Origin: Chara braunii
Lineage: Eukaryota > Plantae > Charophyceae
Reading direction: 5' to 3'
Length of the DNA: 64,000 nucleotides
Assembly: GCA_003427395.1 (NCBI GenBank)
Contig: BFEA01000003.1
Location: 2,340,909 to 2,404,908 of the forward strand
This document shows positions 11,956 to 23,856 of the stretch, in pieces. Made by a program: the position numbers and the translations under genes. The notes under the pieces are model-generated. The model saw only the letters and a program-made list of their open reading frames with translations, was not told the origin of the DNA and searched no databases. Each line of letters begins with the position of its first letter. Within the stretch, counting starts at the first letter, position 1.

Positions 11956-14899
11956 TGTGTGAGAGATCAGGTGGGAGCAGGATGAGGACGTGCGAGAGAT
12001 CGGGTGGGAGTGGATTGGGGAGAGGCAAGGGTTCCAATGTGAATTAATTGGGGAAGTGTGAGGGAATGAATGGGATCGGATTGGGGAAGTACCGAGGATC
12101 GAGATGGGTGCCGGTCAGGATCGTCGTTGGGGTAGGGACGGTTCCTCTGGACCTGTATGTGTAGTCTCGGATCGGCAGGAGGAGTTTGGAGTGCGGGGGG
12201 GAGCGAATAGATGAGTGTGGTAACGGGAGTGGAGAGTGTTGGTTCCCGTGTGGGGAGGGTCAAGTGGGGTCGAAGTCGGAGTGCGGTCAGAATAAGAAGG
12301 GTGGGGGGTAGCAGCCTAGATCGGATTGGTTCACAGTCGGGTGGATTCAGAATGGATGAAGAAAGGAGTAAACTTGAATCGGAGGCCAAGGGTTCAGGAT
12401 GGGGTCGGAACGGGGGCGAGAATGGATTGGGATCGGGTGGAGTGGAGTTGGAACAGGTTGGGATTAAGGTAGGTGGAATGGGGAAGCGGATGGGTCAGAT
12501 GGGTCAGAGAGATACGGTGGCTGGATCAATCGATATGAAACTAGATGGGAGAGGGGTCAGAGTCGGGATCGGGGGGTCGGGGCTGTGATAGGAGTTCGTC
12601 AGACGGATGCAGGATTGGCGAGGCTCCGGGATGGGAGAGAACCCGGATGGACACGGTATAGGTTCGAAGTAAGGACGGGATCTGGAAGAGATGAAGCGGG
12701 GTCCGAGCCGGGATGGAGTGGGGATTTGATTGGGGTGTAGCGGGAACAGAGCAAGAGCGGGGACTGAAGTTGGGAATGGGAGGGTGTCGGAAGGGGCAAG
12801 GGTGGAGTGGGATCGAGGTGGAGTCTTCGTTGGATCAGGCTAGGATTGGGGTAGGTGGAAAGGGAAAGCGGTAGGATCAGCGAGAGGGAACGATCAGAAC
12901 AGACGAGGTGGCAAAACCCGAATGGACGCGGAACAGGATCACAAAAGAGACGGGGTCTGGAAGGGATGGGGCGGGATCGGATCCTGGATGGAGTGGGACA
13001 GTAGAATGGGGTCGGGGTGGACTTTGAGCTGGATCAGGTTGGGATTGGGGCAGGTGGAATGAGGAAGCGGGTGAACAGTCGATATGGAACAAGATGGGAG
13101 AAGGGAACGGGTACGGGTGTGGGGTGGGCGGGGATCCGGGGTGGGGAGAAACCCGGATGAGTGCGGTACAGGTTCGATATAAGGACGGGTTCTGGAAGGT
13201 ATGGGGCGGGGACGGAGCCGGAATGGAGTGGGGATCTGGGTGGGGTGAAGCGGAATCGGAGCAAGAGCGGTGACTGGAGTTGGGAATGGGAGGGCGTCGG
13301 AGGAGACGAGGACGAAGTGGGATCGGAGTGGATTTGACGTTGGAACCGGCCAGGATTGGGGAAGGTGAAATGTGGATGCGGGTAGATTGCAGAGAGATGG
13401 CGACTAGAACCAGATGCACTAGGTGGAGGAACCCGACTGGACGCGGGACAGGTTCGCAAAAGTGACGGGGTCTGGAAGGGAAGTGGCAAAACCGAATCGT
13501 GGCTGGAGTTGGGATCTAGATAGGGGTGAAGCGGGATCGGAGTAAGAGCGGGGAATGCAATTGGGAATGAAAGGGAGTTGAAATTGAGACGGAGATGTGG
13601 CCTAGTCGACGGAGATGATGAATGGCTCTTTTGAGGGTGTATCGGATTGGGGGAGTCGGCGCTAAGATTTTGGGGATGGGATTGGACGTGAGTCGAGGTT
13701 GGGGTGGGAGGTAAACGAGGGTAAGACCCGAGGTTGGAGGCGAATGGAGGGAGGACGGGGTCGATGTTCGATAATGAAATTGAGAGCGGGGCGAAAGGGG
13801 AAGAATTAAACTGGGGACTGGAGGGGAATAGATGTCGAGATGGAGGAGGGAGGGGAACAAGGAGGATAAAAGGAGGGGGCAGGAATGGGGATGGGTTCTG
13901 ATGGGGAGGGGACTGGATTGGGAGGTGTGGGAGTTAAGGGTTGGGGATGCAATCTGGCGGGAAGTTGCGGACGGGTCGAGTCGAGGGTGAGATGGAGAGT
14001 AATCGAAAGTCGAGGATCGATGTTGGGGATTGGAGAGGAGGTCTTCGCAGACGGGACGGGGAAGCTTCGAGGTTGGGGATGGGGATGTCGTGGTGGGGAT
14101 AATTGCGAGTTCGCCGGGGGTAGATCTCTACTTGGAAGGAGTAAAAGTTGGGATTTGGGGTTGGGAGGTGAGACAAGGTCGGGGATTGGGCTAGACTCGA
14201 ATGATCGGGATCGGGTTCTGTAGGAGCCGGCGAGAGGGCAGGGAGGGATGGCGTGGAGGATAATTGAGCGGAAGGCGTTAGTTGAGACAATGGTGGGGGG
14301 TTAGTTGTTCTCACTCAAGCGGGCAGGCTCCTTCACTTCTGGTGGAATCAGTTGTAGGTCTTGAGAGCAAGGCTGTGCTCTAGCTCCAACTTCTGATAGA
14401 GTCGAGTCCTTCACGGTGGCGCGGCGCGTGGGCATCTCTTCGATTCCTGGCGCTTATGCCTCTTTCAGTGTCTTCACAAGAGAAACGGCGGCCATCAAAG
14501 TGGGTGTGTGCGCGCGCGCAGAGCGCGTGCGATTGGTGGTCGGCGTTCGGTGGGCTATGGCGGGGGTGCGGTGGTTGGAACTGGCGCCCCACCGGGGCCG
14601 AGCGATGGCGCGACTCGAACGCGGCGTAGCGCTTACCGAATGGAGCTAGCGCAAAAAAAAAAGAAGATTGAGAATTCTAATTCCATAATTATTTTTGTTT
14701 CTTATTTCTTGCCGTAGAAATTGAAATTTGTTTTGTAATGTGGTGGTGAAATTTGCAATTATCTCTTTGAGTTTGTTGTGCGGCGAACACACTTGGAAAT
14801 TACTTACCTCTGGAATTGCTTGCTTGCGTCTATTCTCACTCGTTTCATCCCTCTTATCTTCTCTCCCATCTCGATCACCTTCTTCGCTGATGAAGAAGG

Positions 14900-17800
14900 T
14901 GGAGTAATGAGAACTCGTGGCCAAGTGGAAGACAAACGGCAACAAATGTTCAAGTTGGGCCGTCTTTGTCAACTGCTCTCTGAACTACACGACGTCAGGC
15001 ACGACGACCATGTTCGCAGCCAGTTTGATATGCGTGTTGCAGAAGACAAACTTTCAAGGGCTGAAATTGTTGTTCAGATGCTGAAAGTCAGCGGGAGAGT
15101 GCAACAGACTATTGATCGAGGATGAATGACCCTCGATCACTTTGTTGCAGAGCAGCTTGCGAAGATAGCTAGTACCGAGGCCAAAGAAGAGGGGAAAGGG
15201 GAATCAAGTGAGAGGAAGGAAGAATCGGAACTCACGGAAGAGATAATGAACGACACAATTAGGCAGTTGCAAGCTGCATTGCAGACAGAACTAAAAAAGA
15301 AAGAAGAATATCAGAGGCAGCGAAAGGAATATGAGCAACAGGCAAGGAAGATCAAAGAGATAAAACAGAAGTTTAATGTTGGTGAATCGGAAACTGACTT
15401 GGCATCTATCTTGCAAAACATGATGGCTTATCTAGCACACCTAAAAATCAAGATTGATAGTGTCATTGTAGAACTTCAGACGGTGACCAGACTTGTAAAA
15501 GGGAATAACAAGGTTGTGCATGAGGAGGTAGTTGAGGAGAAAGAAGAAAAGAAAGAGCCTCAAGAGAAGTTAATTAAAGATGTCATGAAACCTCGTGACA
15601 CAAAAGAACCCGAACCCACCAAAAAAAAAAACAACGGAGAACGGAGAAGGGGAAAAACTGAAGAGAAAAGAAAATGTGAAAATGAAGTTGCCTTTACAAC
15701 GGAAAAAGAGAGGACCATTTGCTTTTGTGGATTGCAGAGATACAGACCTACTATGGAACCACTCTAGTGGCGGAGACAGTCAAGTTGCCTTCTCCATCCC
15801 TTATCTGTAAGAACTTGAAGTTGCAAAGGAGTGGGTATTGTCTGAGGCCAATGCCGCTGACTTTTAGGATATTGGTGATTGGGAAAAAACAATGACCTTG
15901 CGGGAATTCCTCCTGAAAATCAAGACGCGGTTCCTCAAGAAAATGATTGTCAATAAGTCATTTAACGAACTCACTATTATTAGCCAGAAGCACTGTCGAT
16001 GCTTTGTCGTGTGAAGTGAATCTTCTCTTGCAGGTACCTGAACTGAATCTCAAAGACAACCAGGTTTTGTATATCTATTCGCTCGTACTGCCTAAGCCCA
16101 TATGCGGACAGCTTGTGGCAGTCCGGTAAGTACAACTACCGATAATTCCGCGATCTTGCTCTCCAAAGAGAACAGATGGCAACACATCTAAAGGGAACCT
16201 ATGCTAACATTGTGAGGAGTGGACCAACGGGTGGGTACAAGAATGGGAAAAAAGTTGTGTGGAGGCAGAAGCGACAGGACCACACTCTCGTTGTCTTCGA
16301 CAACGAGACTATCGAGAAATGACCCCTCGAAGAGGTCGAGGGCGAAACAAGTGATGGCGGTGAGTTTGGAAAGGGTGACGTCACCGCCATGGTGGCCAAC
16401 AAGGGTGGCACCAACCGTAACGGTGGATTCAAGAAGAACAGGCTCCGATCCTTTTCCGAGCATCTTGACATTGCTTCTGGCCGGCCCTGGGAGAAGATGG
16501 GTCTGACCCAGAATGCATAGCAGGAACAGATGGACATCCAACACTGTTCGAAATGCTGCATGACGGGACACATCATTGCATGGTGTCCTCTCATCCGTAA
16601 CCCAAAAGGGAGCAGCCAGTAGGAGTAGCATTTGCTCCTACTGAGTTGGTGAGTTTGGACAAAGGTAAGGCGTCGACAACCCCTTTCAACCCCCCAACTC
16701 GCCAGGCGGAGGATGGCTCTTTTTCAACCCATCACCCGGAACACCCTGAAAAAGTATTGTGTTTTCTATCTCTGGGTGATCCCCTTGATGAACTTGGTTG
16801 TGAACTCGTTGCTTTACGAAGTTCATGGGCTAAGAAAGCAAAGTCTAAGGGTGAACTGATGATTGCTGACGTAGAGATTGTTGGCACACGTGTAGGTGCC
16901 TTGTTAAACTCAGAATCTACACGGTCTTATATCTAAGAAAAGGCAATTCGTAAGTTGCATATGGGTATGAGAGTGCAGGACGTTTCGAGACCTATTGTTG
17001 ACCAGGGAACGATTATTGTCTCTCGGTTTGTAAATTGTGTGAAATGTTATTACAGAAGTAAGGAAAGCGAAATGATATTGCATGAAGTAACCTTCCTAGT
17101 AGAAAAAAACATGCCTTTTTAAGTTTTTATATGATTCTGGGAATGGATTGGCACAAAGAGACCGTCCCAGAAGTAAAGTTCAAAGACAAATTAAAGGATG
17201 AAAAATCCTAGGGAGCACATCCAGATATCCGGCAGACCAATTTTATCCGGAATTTTCAATCCGGATGAATTTTCCGGATGAATTCCGGATATGGAAAATC
17301 CGGCCCTACGCAAAAAAAAAAAAAAAAAAATCAAAAACTTCAAAAAAAAAGTATGTTATTCATATGAATGATACGAACAACGTTTGGCTTGAGGTCATCT
17401 TTGATATCTCAACAGATATGAAGATAAAAAATAAAACAGAAGAAGAAAATAATATTTAGATTAAAAATTATAGAATGAATTAGACATCCCCCCTCTAAAC
17501 CCCTTTATTCCCTATCTTACCCCCTTTGAACCCTTCAATGCCCTATCAAGTTTTTCATGAAATAGGAACGTAGTTCTATTGTATTTTGCATGCGCAATAT
17601 CACCTTTTTTTTCTCTTTTTCTTTTTTTTTTACCCTTTTTTTAATCAATGGCATCCGGATTTCCGGATGATCCGACCAGATTATCCGGCCAGATAACCTA
17701 TGTTACCTAGGAAGAATCCAATACGGAGTCAATTAAACTGTTTCACAAGTTTGGTTCTGACTCACCACTGTCTTTCTGCTGTATAAGTCTGTCTTCCGAA

Positions 17801-19400
17801 GTACGGTTACGAAATAAAAGTTGGCACGGATGCTAGTCAGTTTGGGATTGGGCCTCTGCTATAGTAAGATGGCGGGAAAGGTTGTAGGCCTATTGAGTTT
17901 ATGTTTAAATGTCTTCCATCTGATAAGGTAGCTAACTTCACCTACGAAAGAGAATTGTATGTCTTGGTTAAAGCGTTGGACATATGGAAACACTACTGCT
18001 CGGAAAACAATTTACGGTCTATTCAGATCACTCGACCTTGAAGTGGATTAAGACACAACCCCAACTCCTCGATAAGTTAGTAAGATGGTTTGCATTCATT
18101 GACACATTTGACTTTGAGTTGAAAGTCATTAAGGGTAAAATGTTGTTGCTGATTCTTTGTCCAAACGTTCTGATTTTTTTGGCACCATTGTTACCTACCT
18201 TGACATCGGGGATGAGTTAAAGGATCGAATTCAACAAGGGTATGTTCAAAATCCGATTTGGAGTTCTATCATTCAAACCCTTCAGAAGAATATGCTCTTC
18301 TTTATTGATCAAACCAAATAAAGAATATGCATTCCTCATATAGAAGATATCAAAAGTACGGTTATAGGGGAATGTCATGATATTGAGGGTCACTTCGGGT
18401 TTAAGAAGACATATATCAATGTAAGAGAGTTTTTCAAATGAAAAGGAATGGAAGAGGATGTGCTAAGCTATGTGAGAACTTGTCTTGTCTGCCAAAGGAA
18501 TAAGCCGTCTAACGATAATTCTTAGGGACTACTTCGACCGCTTCCTTTTCCAAGCGAAGCAGGTGAGTTCGACTTTATGGGTTTCAGAAAGAGTCGGAAT
18601 GGAAACAGTCAGGTAACGGTCATTGTTGATAGGTTCTCCAAATATGTTACATTTGTTCCTTAACCATCGAAATCTCGAACCAAACTCGTCATCCAAAAGT
18701 TCCAGATGCGATAGGCATATGGCATAAAATTGACCATGTCATCAGACAGACATCCTGAAACGAATGGTCAAACTGAGCAAATGAACAGGTTGTGCCAACA
18801 ACTTTTACATATGTATGTTCGGTCTGACCAGGTTAATTGGGATAAAAATTTAGAAACAAGTTCAACGGCTACTCTCAAGAACAAGAGAATTTGCAATTTT
18901 GTATGAGCAGGACATAGCTAAGGTAAAGGAGAACATTCAGAAGGCCAAAGCAAAAATGATCGAACAAGCAAACAAGCATCGTCGACCATCTAAGTTTAGA
19001 GAATGAGATTTGGTTTGGGTAAAGTCTAAAGAATTCTCCCTCGAAGAGAATGTGTCTCAGAAATTTATACTCGTTTAATATGGACCTGGGAAGTTCTAAA
19101 GGTGATAGGGGAATCAGACAGTCCGTTATATCGCATTGGCGTACCCCCTCACCTTAAGACATACCTTGTTTTCATGTTTCCAAACTGCTACCAAAGTCGA
19201 AGGCCACGAGTTTTCTAATTGGCCATCCATGGAGGTCACAAAGTTGACCGAATATCGAACATGGATACTTTTCAACAGGTGGCAGGGGAAGACGCAAATG
19301 CATTATAAGGTAAAGTTACCCAACTTGTCTCAGAATGAGATGGTTCACTAAGAAAGAACTTCTACTTACTGCACCCAATATTGTCGTTGCATAAGTGCGG
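14900..19400 (+). pseudogene. Gypsy gag-pol remnant: gag, CCHC knuckle, protease, RNase H, integrase; RT core missing
   Basis: CSKCCMTGHIIAWC ~16545; ALLNSESTRSYI (decayed protease motif) ~16900; TDASQFGIG ~17825; FTVYSDH; HDIEGH...CLVC ~18375-18495; HPETNGQTE ~18750. Confidence 0.85.
17208..17710. mobile_element. hAT-like MITE nested in the gypsy pol
   Basis: CTAGG...CCTAG ends; ATCCGG subterminal repeats at both ends; 8-bp TSD GAAAAATC/GAAGAATC (one mismatch). Confidence 0.75.
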
Positions 19401-19466
19401 GTTCAGAGAGAACCGAGCCTAGAGAAATAGTTTCTGCGATGAAACTCAAAATTGAGCTCGATGGAA

Positions 19467-20546
19467 TGCAATAACACAACTCAAATTATGTCGTGGGTTG
19501 TGGGTCTTCATTTTGGTCGAAGGGCCGAAATAGAGGTCAAAGGCATCACCCAAGGCATGTAAATTGTTTGAACGAAGTCCTGCTACTATAGGGTACTCGA
19601 AGCAAGGCCTAAAAGTGGCCTTCAGAGGCCAACGTGCGATAGTTGACCATGAAAAGTCAAATGTCAACAACAACTTGAAAATTCAGGCCCACAAATCAAA
19701 GTCAACATGGACCCAGTCTAGGCCGCCAATCAGACACACACCCTTGGTTGTTTGGAGGTATCTATAAGGAATCAAGTCCAAGTGGGAATCTGCAACTGTA
19801 CAGGATCCGGGTCATTGGCTGCGAGACAATCTAGGCCACCGAAGGCTGGTCAACCGGAGTCTACACTATGAGTTGACCCAGCCCCGGCTGATCGACATTC
19901 AGTCTTGCATATGTTGTTTAATGTTGGTTTGACGTTGGCTGGACGCTAGCTTGATGCTCGCAATATGCTGGTTGGACGCTAACTCGACGCTGACACTATG
20001 CTGGCTGGACGCTGATGCTACGACGCGAGACTGCTATTGTTGTATGTTGGCGCCATTCTCTGTCTTCGGCGCCAGCTGGATACTTCATTAGGCTGGCGTG
20101 GCTCTCGCCACACTAATTATGACATTGATGGGGTACTAGCAAGGAGGATAAGGATCAGGGTTGTGAGATTGCTCAATGTCGAGGAAGCTTACCTGTTCGC
20201 ATCCGTGGTCGACATTACGCACTCTTGTCCGTCTTTATAAGGTGTCTGTGCTAACAAGCGTCATAATGAGATCACCTCATTGTTAGTGTGTCAGAAAGGA
20301 TTGTCTGCTGATATGGCGAGAGGGAGATGCCCGAAGCAGTGGAATTGTGAGGAAGATCTATTTGCTATGTTGATGGGTACTTTCTCTTCCACCTTCTAAG
20401 TCTTATCTCCCTCCCACCATCTTCTTCTTTAGTGACCAGACATTGGGCTACCTGACTACATGTATTATTTTGGAGGCATTGAAACTGCGCTGAGACATTT
20501 TGTGTTTCGACATTGACGAGCTTCTCTTCCGATTGGGTTCACTGCA
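19467..20546 (+). repeat. 3' LTR
   Basis: Diverged direct repeat of 1953-3042; similarity stops exactly at ...ACTGCA. Confidence 0.9.
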
Positions 20547-20636
20547 AAAAAGGAGAAAGAAAAAAAAAGAAAACGACGACTTTCTTATTCCATGTAATAA
20601 AAAAGAAAGAAAACATATGATATTTGCAACCCTCGC

Positions 20637-20718
<82 letters not shown>

Positions 20719-20727
20719 AGGCGGACT

Positions 20728-21030
20728 TTGTTTTGCAGTTTTTAAAAACGTTGCGAAGTTTCTTTTGATCCCTGAGCAGTTTCATAATATGTTATTCTTT
20801 TGCGATCCATGGCTGAAGCATTTTAGATGTTAAATCAAGTGGATCTTTTGCTGGATATATTCCCTTTGCAACAAGATTCCAAGAAAGAACAGTAGTAGCA
20901 TCTAAGTGAGCAAAGGTAGTATCAGGAGTTCGATCAGTTAAACCATCCGCAGGTACATAAACTGCTTGAATAGAGCTAATAGAGACTTCTTTTGTCGAAG
21001 TAATTTTTTCTTGAAGACTGCCCATGCGCA
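20728..21030 (-). pseudogene. atpB: Nuclear plastid DNA insert (NUPT): ATP synthase beta subunit fragment
   Basis: [12 protein letters not shown]...[38 protein letters not shown], then YETAQG in another frame. QPWI and TAQG are the plastid-type sequence. Confidence 0.9.
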
Positions 21031-21041
21031 AAGCTCGCCTA

Positions 21042-21125
<84 letters not shown>

Positions 21126-21859
21126 NNNNNNNNNNNNNNNNNNNNNNNNNNNNNNNNNNNNNNNNNNNNNNNNNNNNNNNNNNNNNNNNNNNNNNNNNNN
21201 NNNNNNNNNNNNNNNNNNNNNNNNNNNNNNNNNNNNNNNNNNNNNNNNNNNNNNNNNNNNNNNNNNNNNNNNNNNNNNNNNNNNNNNNNNNNNNNNNNNN
21301 NNNNNNNNNNNNNNNNNNNNNNNNNNNNNNNNNNNNNNNNNNNNNNNNNNNNNNNNNNNNNNNNNNNNNNNNNNNNNNNNNNNNNNNNNNNNNNNNNNNN
21401 NNNNNNNNNNNNNNNNNNNNNNNNNNNNNNNNNNNNNNNNNNNNNNNNNNNNNNNNNNNNNNNNNNNNNNNNNNNNNNNNNNNNNNNNNNNNNNNNNNNN
21501 NNNNNNNNNNNNNNNNNNNNNNNNNNNNNNNNNNNNNNNNNNNNNNNNNNNNNNNNNNNNNNNNNNNNNNNNNNNNNNNNNNNNNNNNNNNNNNNNNNNN
21601 NNNNNNNNNNNNNNNNNNNNNNNNNNNNNNNNNNNNNNNNNNNNNNNNNNNNNNNNNNNNNNNNNNNNNNNNNNNNNNNNNNNNNNNNNNNNNNNNNNNN
21701 NNNNNNNNNNNNNNNNNNNNNNNNNNNNNNNNNNNNNNNNNNNNNNNNNNNNNNNNNNNNNNNNNNNNNNNNNNNNNNNNNNNNNNNNNNNNNNNNNNNN
21801 NNNNNNNNNNNNNNNNNNNNNGAGAGAGAGAGAGAGAGAGAGAGAATAGGCGAGCTCTG

Positions 21860-21950
<91 letters not shown>

Positions 21951-23856
21951 TCTCTCTCTCACCTCCAGGCATAGAGAAGTGGTGTAGTTTGATTTTATCA
22001 TTTTGTTATTTTGTTTTATTTTGAAAGAAGATTCTTGTTTTTTTTAAATTTTCTTCTCGTTCTTTTTCTTTTCATGTTGTACTACTGGTAGCCTTAGGTT
22101 CGGCATGGTTCAGCATAGTGGTCTCCAGAGGGTCAGAAAAAAGGTAGCTCTAGGTACTGGTGGTTTAAGGGGGATGCTCTTATCACCCCGTTAAGAAGAA
22201 CTCCCTGAACATGAAGTTTTCTCAAAATTATTTTCTTTCCCCTCAAGCTTCAGATGTCATTTATCTCTGAAGCTGGTGCAATTTACGCACAATTTTTGGT
22301 GTTTCTTTGGGTCCAGTGCTTTCATGATCTCTGGCCCTCTGCACTCCCCCCAATCACGCTCCCCCCCCAAATTGTGCCGCGGCCCTCCTGCTCCGAGTAC
22401 GATCCTCGATAATCGCAGGGTCCAGAATGGGGGACGACATGCAGATAGGGGGGGGGGGGTGGCGCGAGGGTAGGATTTCTGTCTGGATCTGGCTACCTGA
22501 TCGGGCAGACTGGAATTCCGTGTGTCGTCCCCCACTTACCTATGGGTGAACTTTATTGGGTCCTCTTTGCCCCCTAAAAAATAAAAAATAAAAATCAAAA
22601 GAGCGCGTCAGAAATCGGAACGTGGAGTTGATCGTGATACGTTCAGAATGGGCCTCATGGCCCTCACTTCACTACTCAGTTTTTTTTGTTTGTGTTTTTT
22701 AAAGTTTTTTGAAAGAGAAACATCGATGTGGGAGGGGCACCTATTAATGGAAGTGATAGGAGCACCCCCCATTACCAGCGTCCCTGTTGGTGACGACTCC
22801 ATTCTATTGGTGGGGACCGCCACCTGCCGGAAAGCGGGTCCAGCGTCCCTTATTACAATTTATTACAGGGTTTGCCTTTCCAGCCACATCTCTGAGCTAC
22901 CTCTATTCTGGCTTTTTGTTTTTTTTGTTTTTTTGAAACACACACCCTCACCAGTGTTATGGCTTTGACTATCTGTGATAGCACTTTTCCTCTCCCAATC
23001 CCTCTCTGTTTTCGACTCTCTGTGGCCCTAGCTCTCTCTCTCTCTCTCCCCCTCTCTGTTTTTTTTGCATCTCCCATCTGGCTGTCCCAGTAACAGTGTT
23101 TCCATTCTATTTTGTGGGGAGCTGCACCTGCTGGAAACTGGGTCCAGCGTCCCTGAAATATGACAGCAAATTGAAAAATGCAGCAGCTCACAAACCAATC
23201 AGTATTTATTAATTGTACAGCGGGCTCATAGCCTCTTTATGCTTCTCAGGCGCCAGATAAACGTGAACCTGGCTATGTGCGCGATCTATTGTTGAATCAT
23301 CTCCATGAATTCCATCATCCCTTTCGTCTATATGCTAACTCGCTGTTTTCTTCCGAATGTTCTGAATAGGGAAAATCGTCCGCTCTACCAAAACAGCTCT
23401 CTCCTTACAATTCTACCTATAGCACTTATGGCTCTTGCCTGTCATCCTACTCTCCGCACAGACTCAGGGGCTCCTAGGGCCCATAACTGGGGTTCTTGTG
23501 TTGCTTCTGTTGCCATCTCCCCTGGCTGCTTTCCACCAGTATGGGCTTGATTTTCAGACTCATATGTGCTGCACAGGGTGTTCCATGTTGGACTGATGAA
23601 GGTGACATGCACAAAAGACAAAAAAATATGGGGATGTATCTTTCCGTGTTGTAGCGGAATAGTCATTCTCATTTTGCACATTTGGTGAGTAGCTGAGCCA
23701 GGCCCAATGTTCGGATTTGGCGAGTATTGTTGCAAGGCCCATAGTCACCTGACACCCCTCTCGGCGAGCCCTGGCAGAATTCTCTATTTTGAAGTTTTTC
23801 CTATCCACAAAGCCCCTGCCGTGTCGCCTTTCTCGGCCTTTTGGCTGCGAGATCAT

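Larger units (their letters stand above)
3886..14659 (-). mobile_element. Full-length L1/Tx1-like LINE (~10.8 kb) inserted in the gypsy leader
   Basis: Poly(T) at 3886-3906; TSD AAAGAAGA(TT) at 3878-3887 and 14660-14669; ORF1 and ORF2 remnants. Confidence 0.9.
1953..20546 (+). mobile_element. Decayed Ty3/gypsy LTR retrotransposon with two nested insertions
   Basis: Direct repeats at 1953-3042 and 19467-20546 with TGCA...TGCA ends; AAAAA on both flanks (5-bp TSD); PBS; domain order gag-PR-RH-INT. Confidence 0.9.

Noticed and set aside
19200-19400. Chromodomain after the gypsy integrase
   Set aside because: The position fits, but the sequence is too decayed to identify the aromatic cage residues.
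20938-22024. Long ORFs of ER, LS, HT, CV, SINQ or X runs, here and throughout the window
   Set aside because: They are translations of microsatellites and N gaps.
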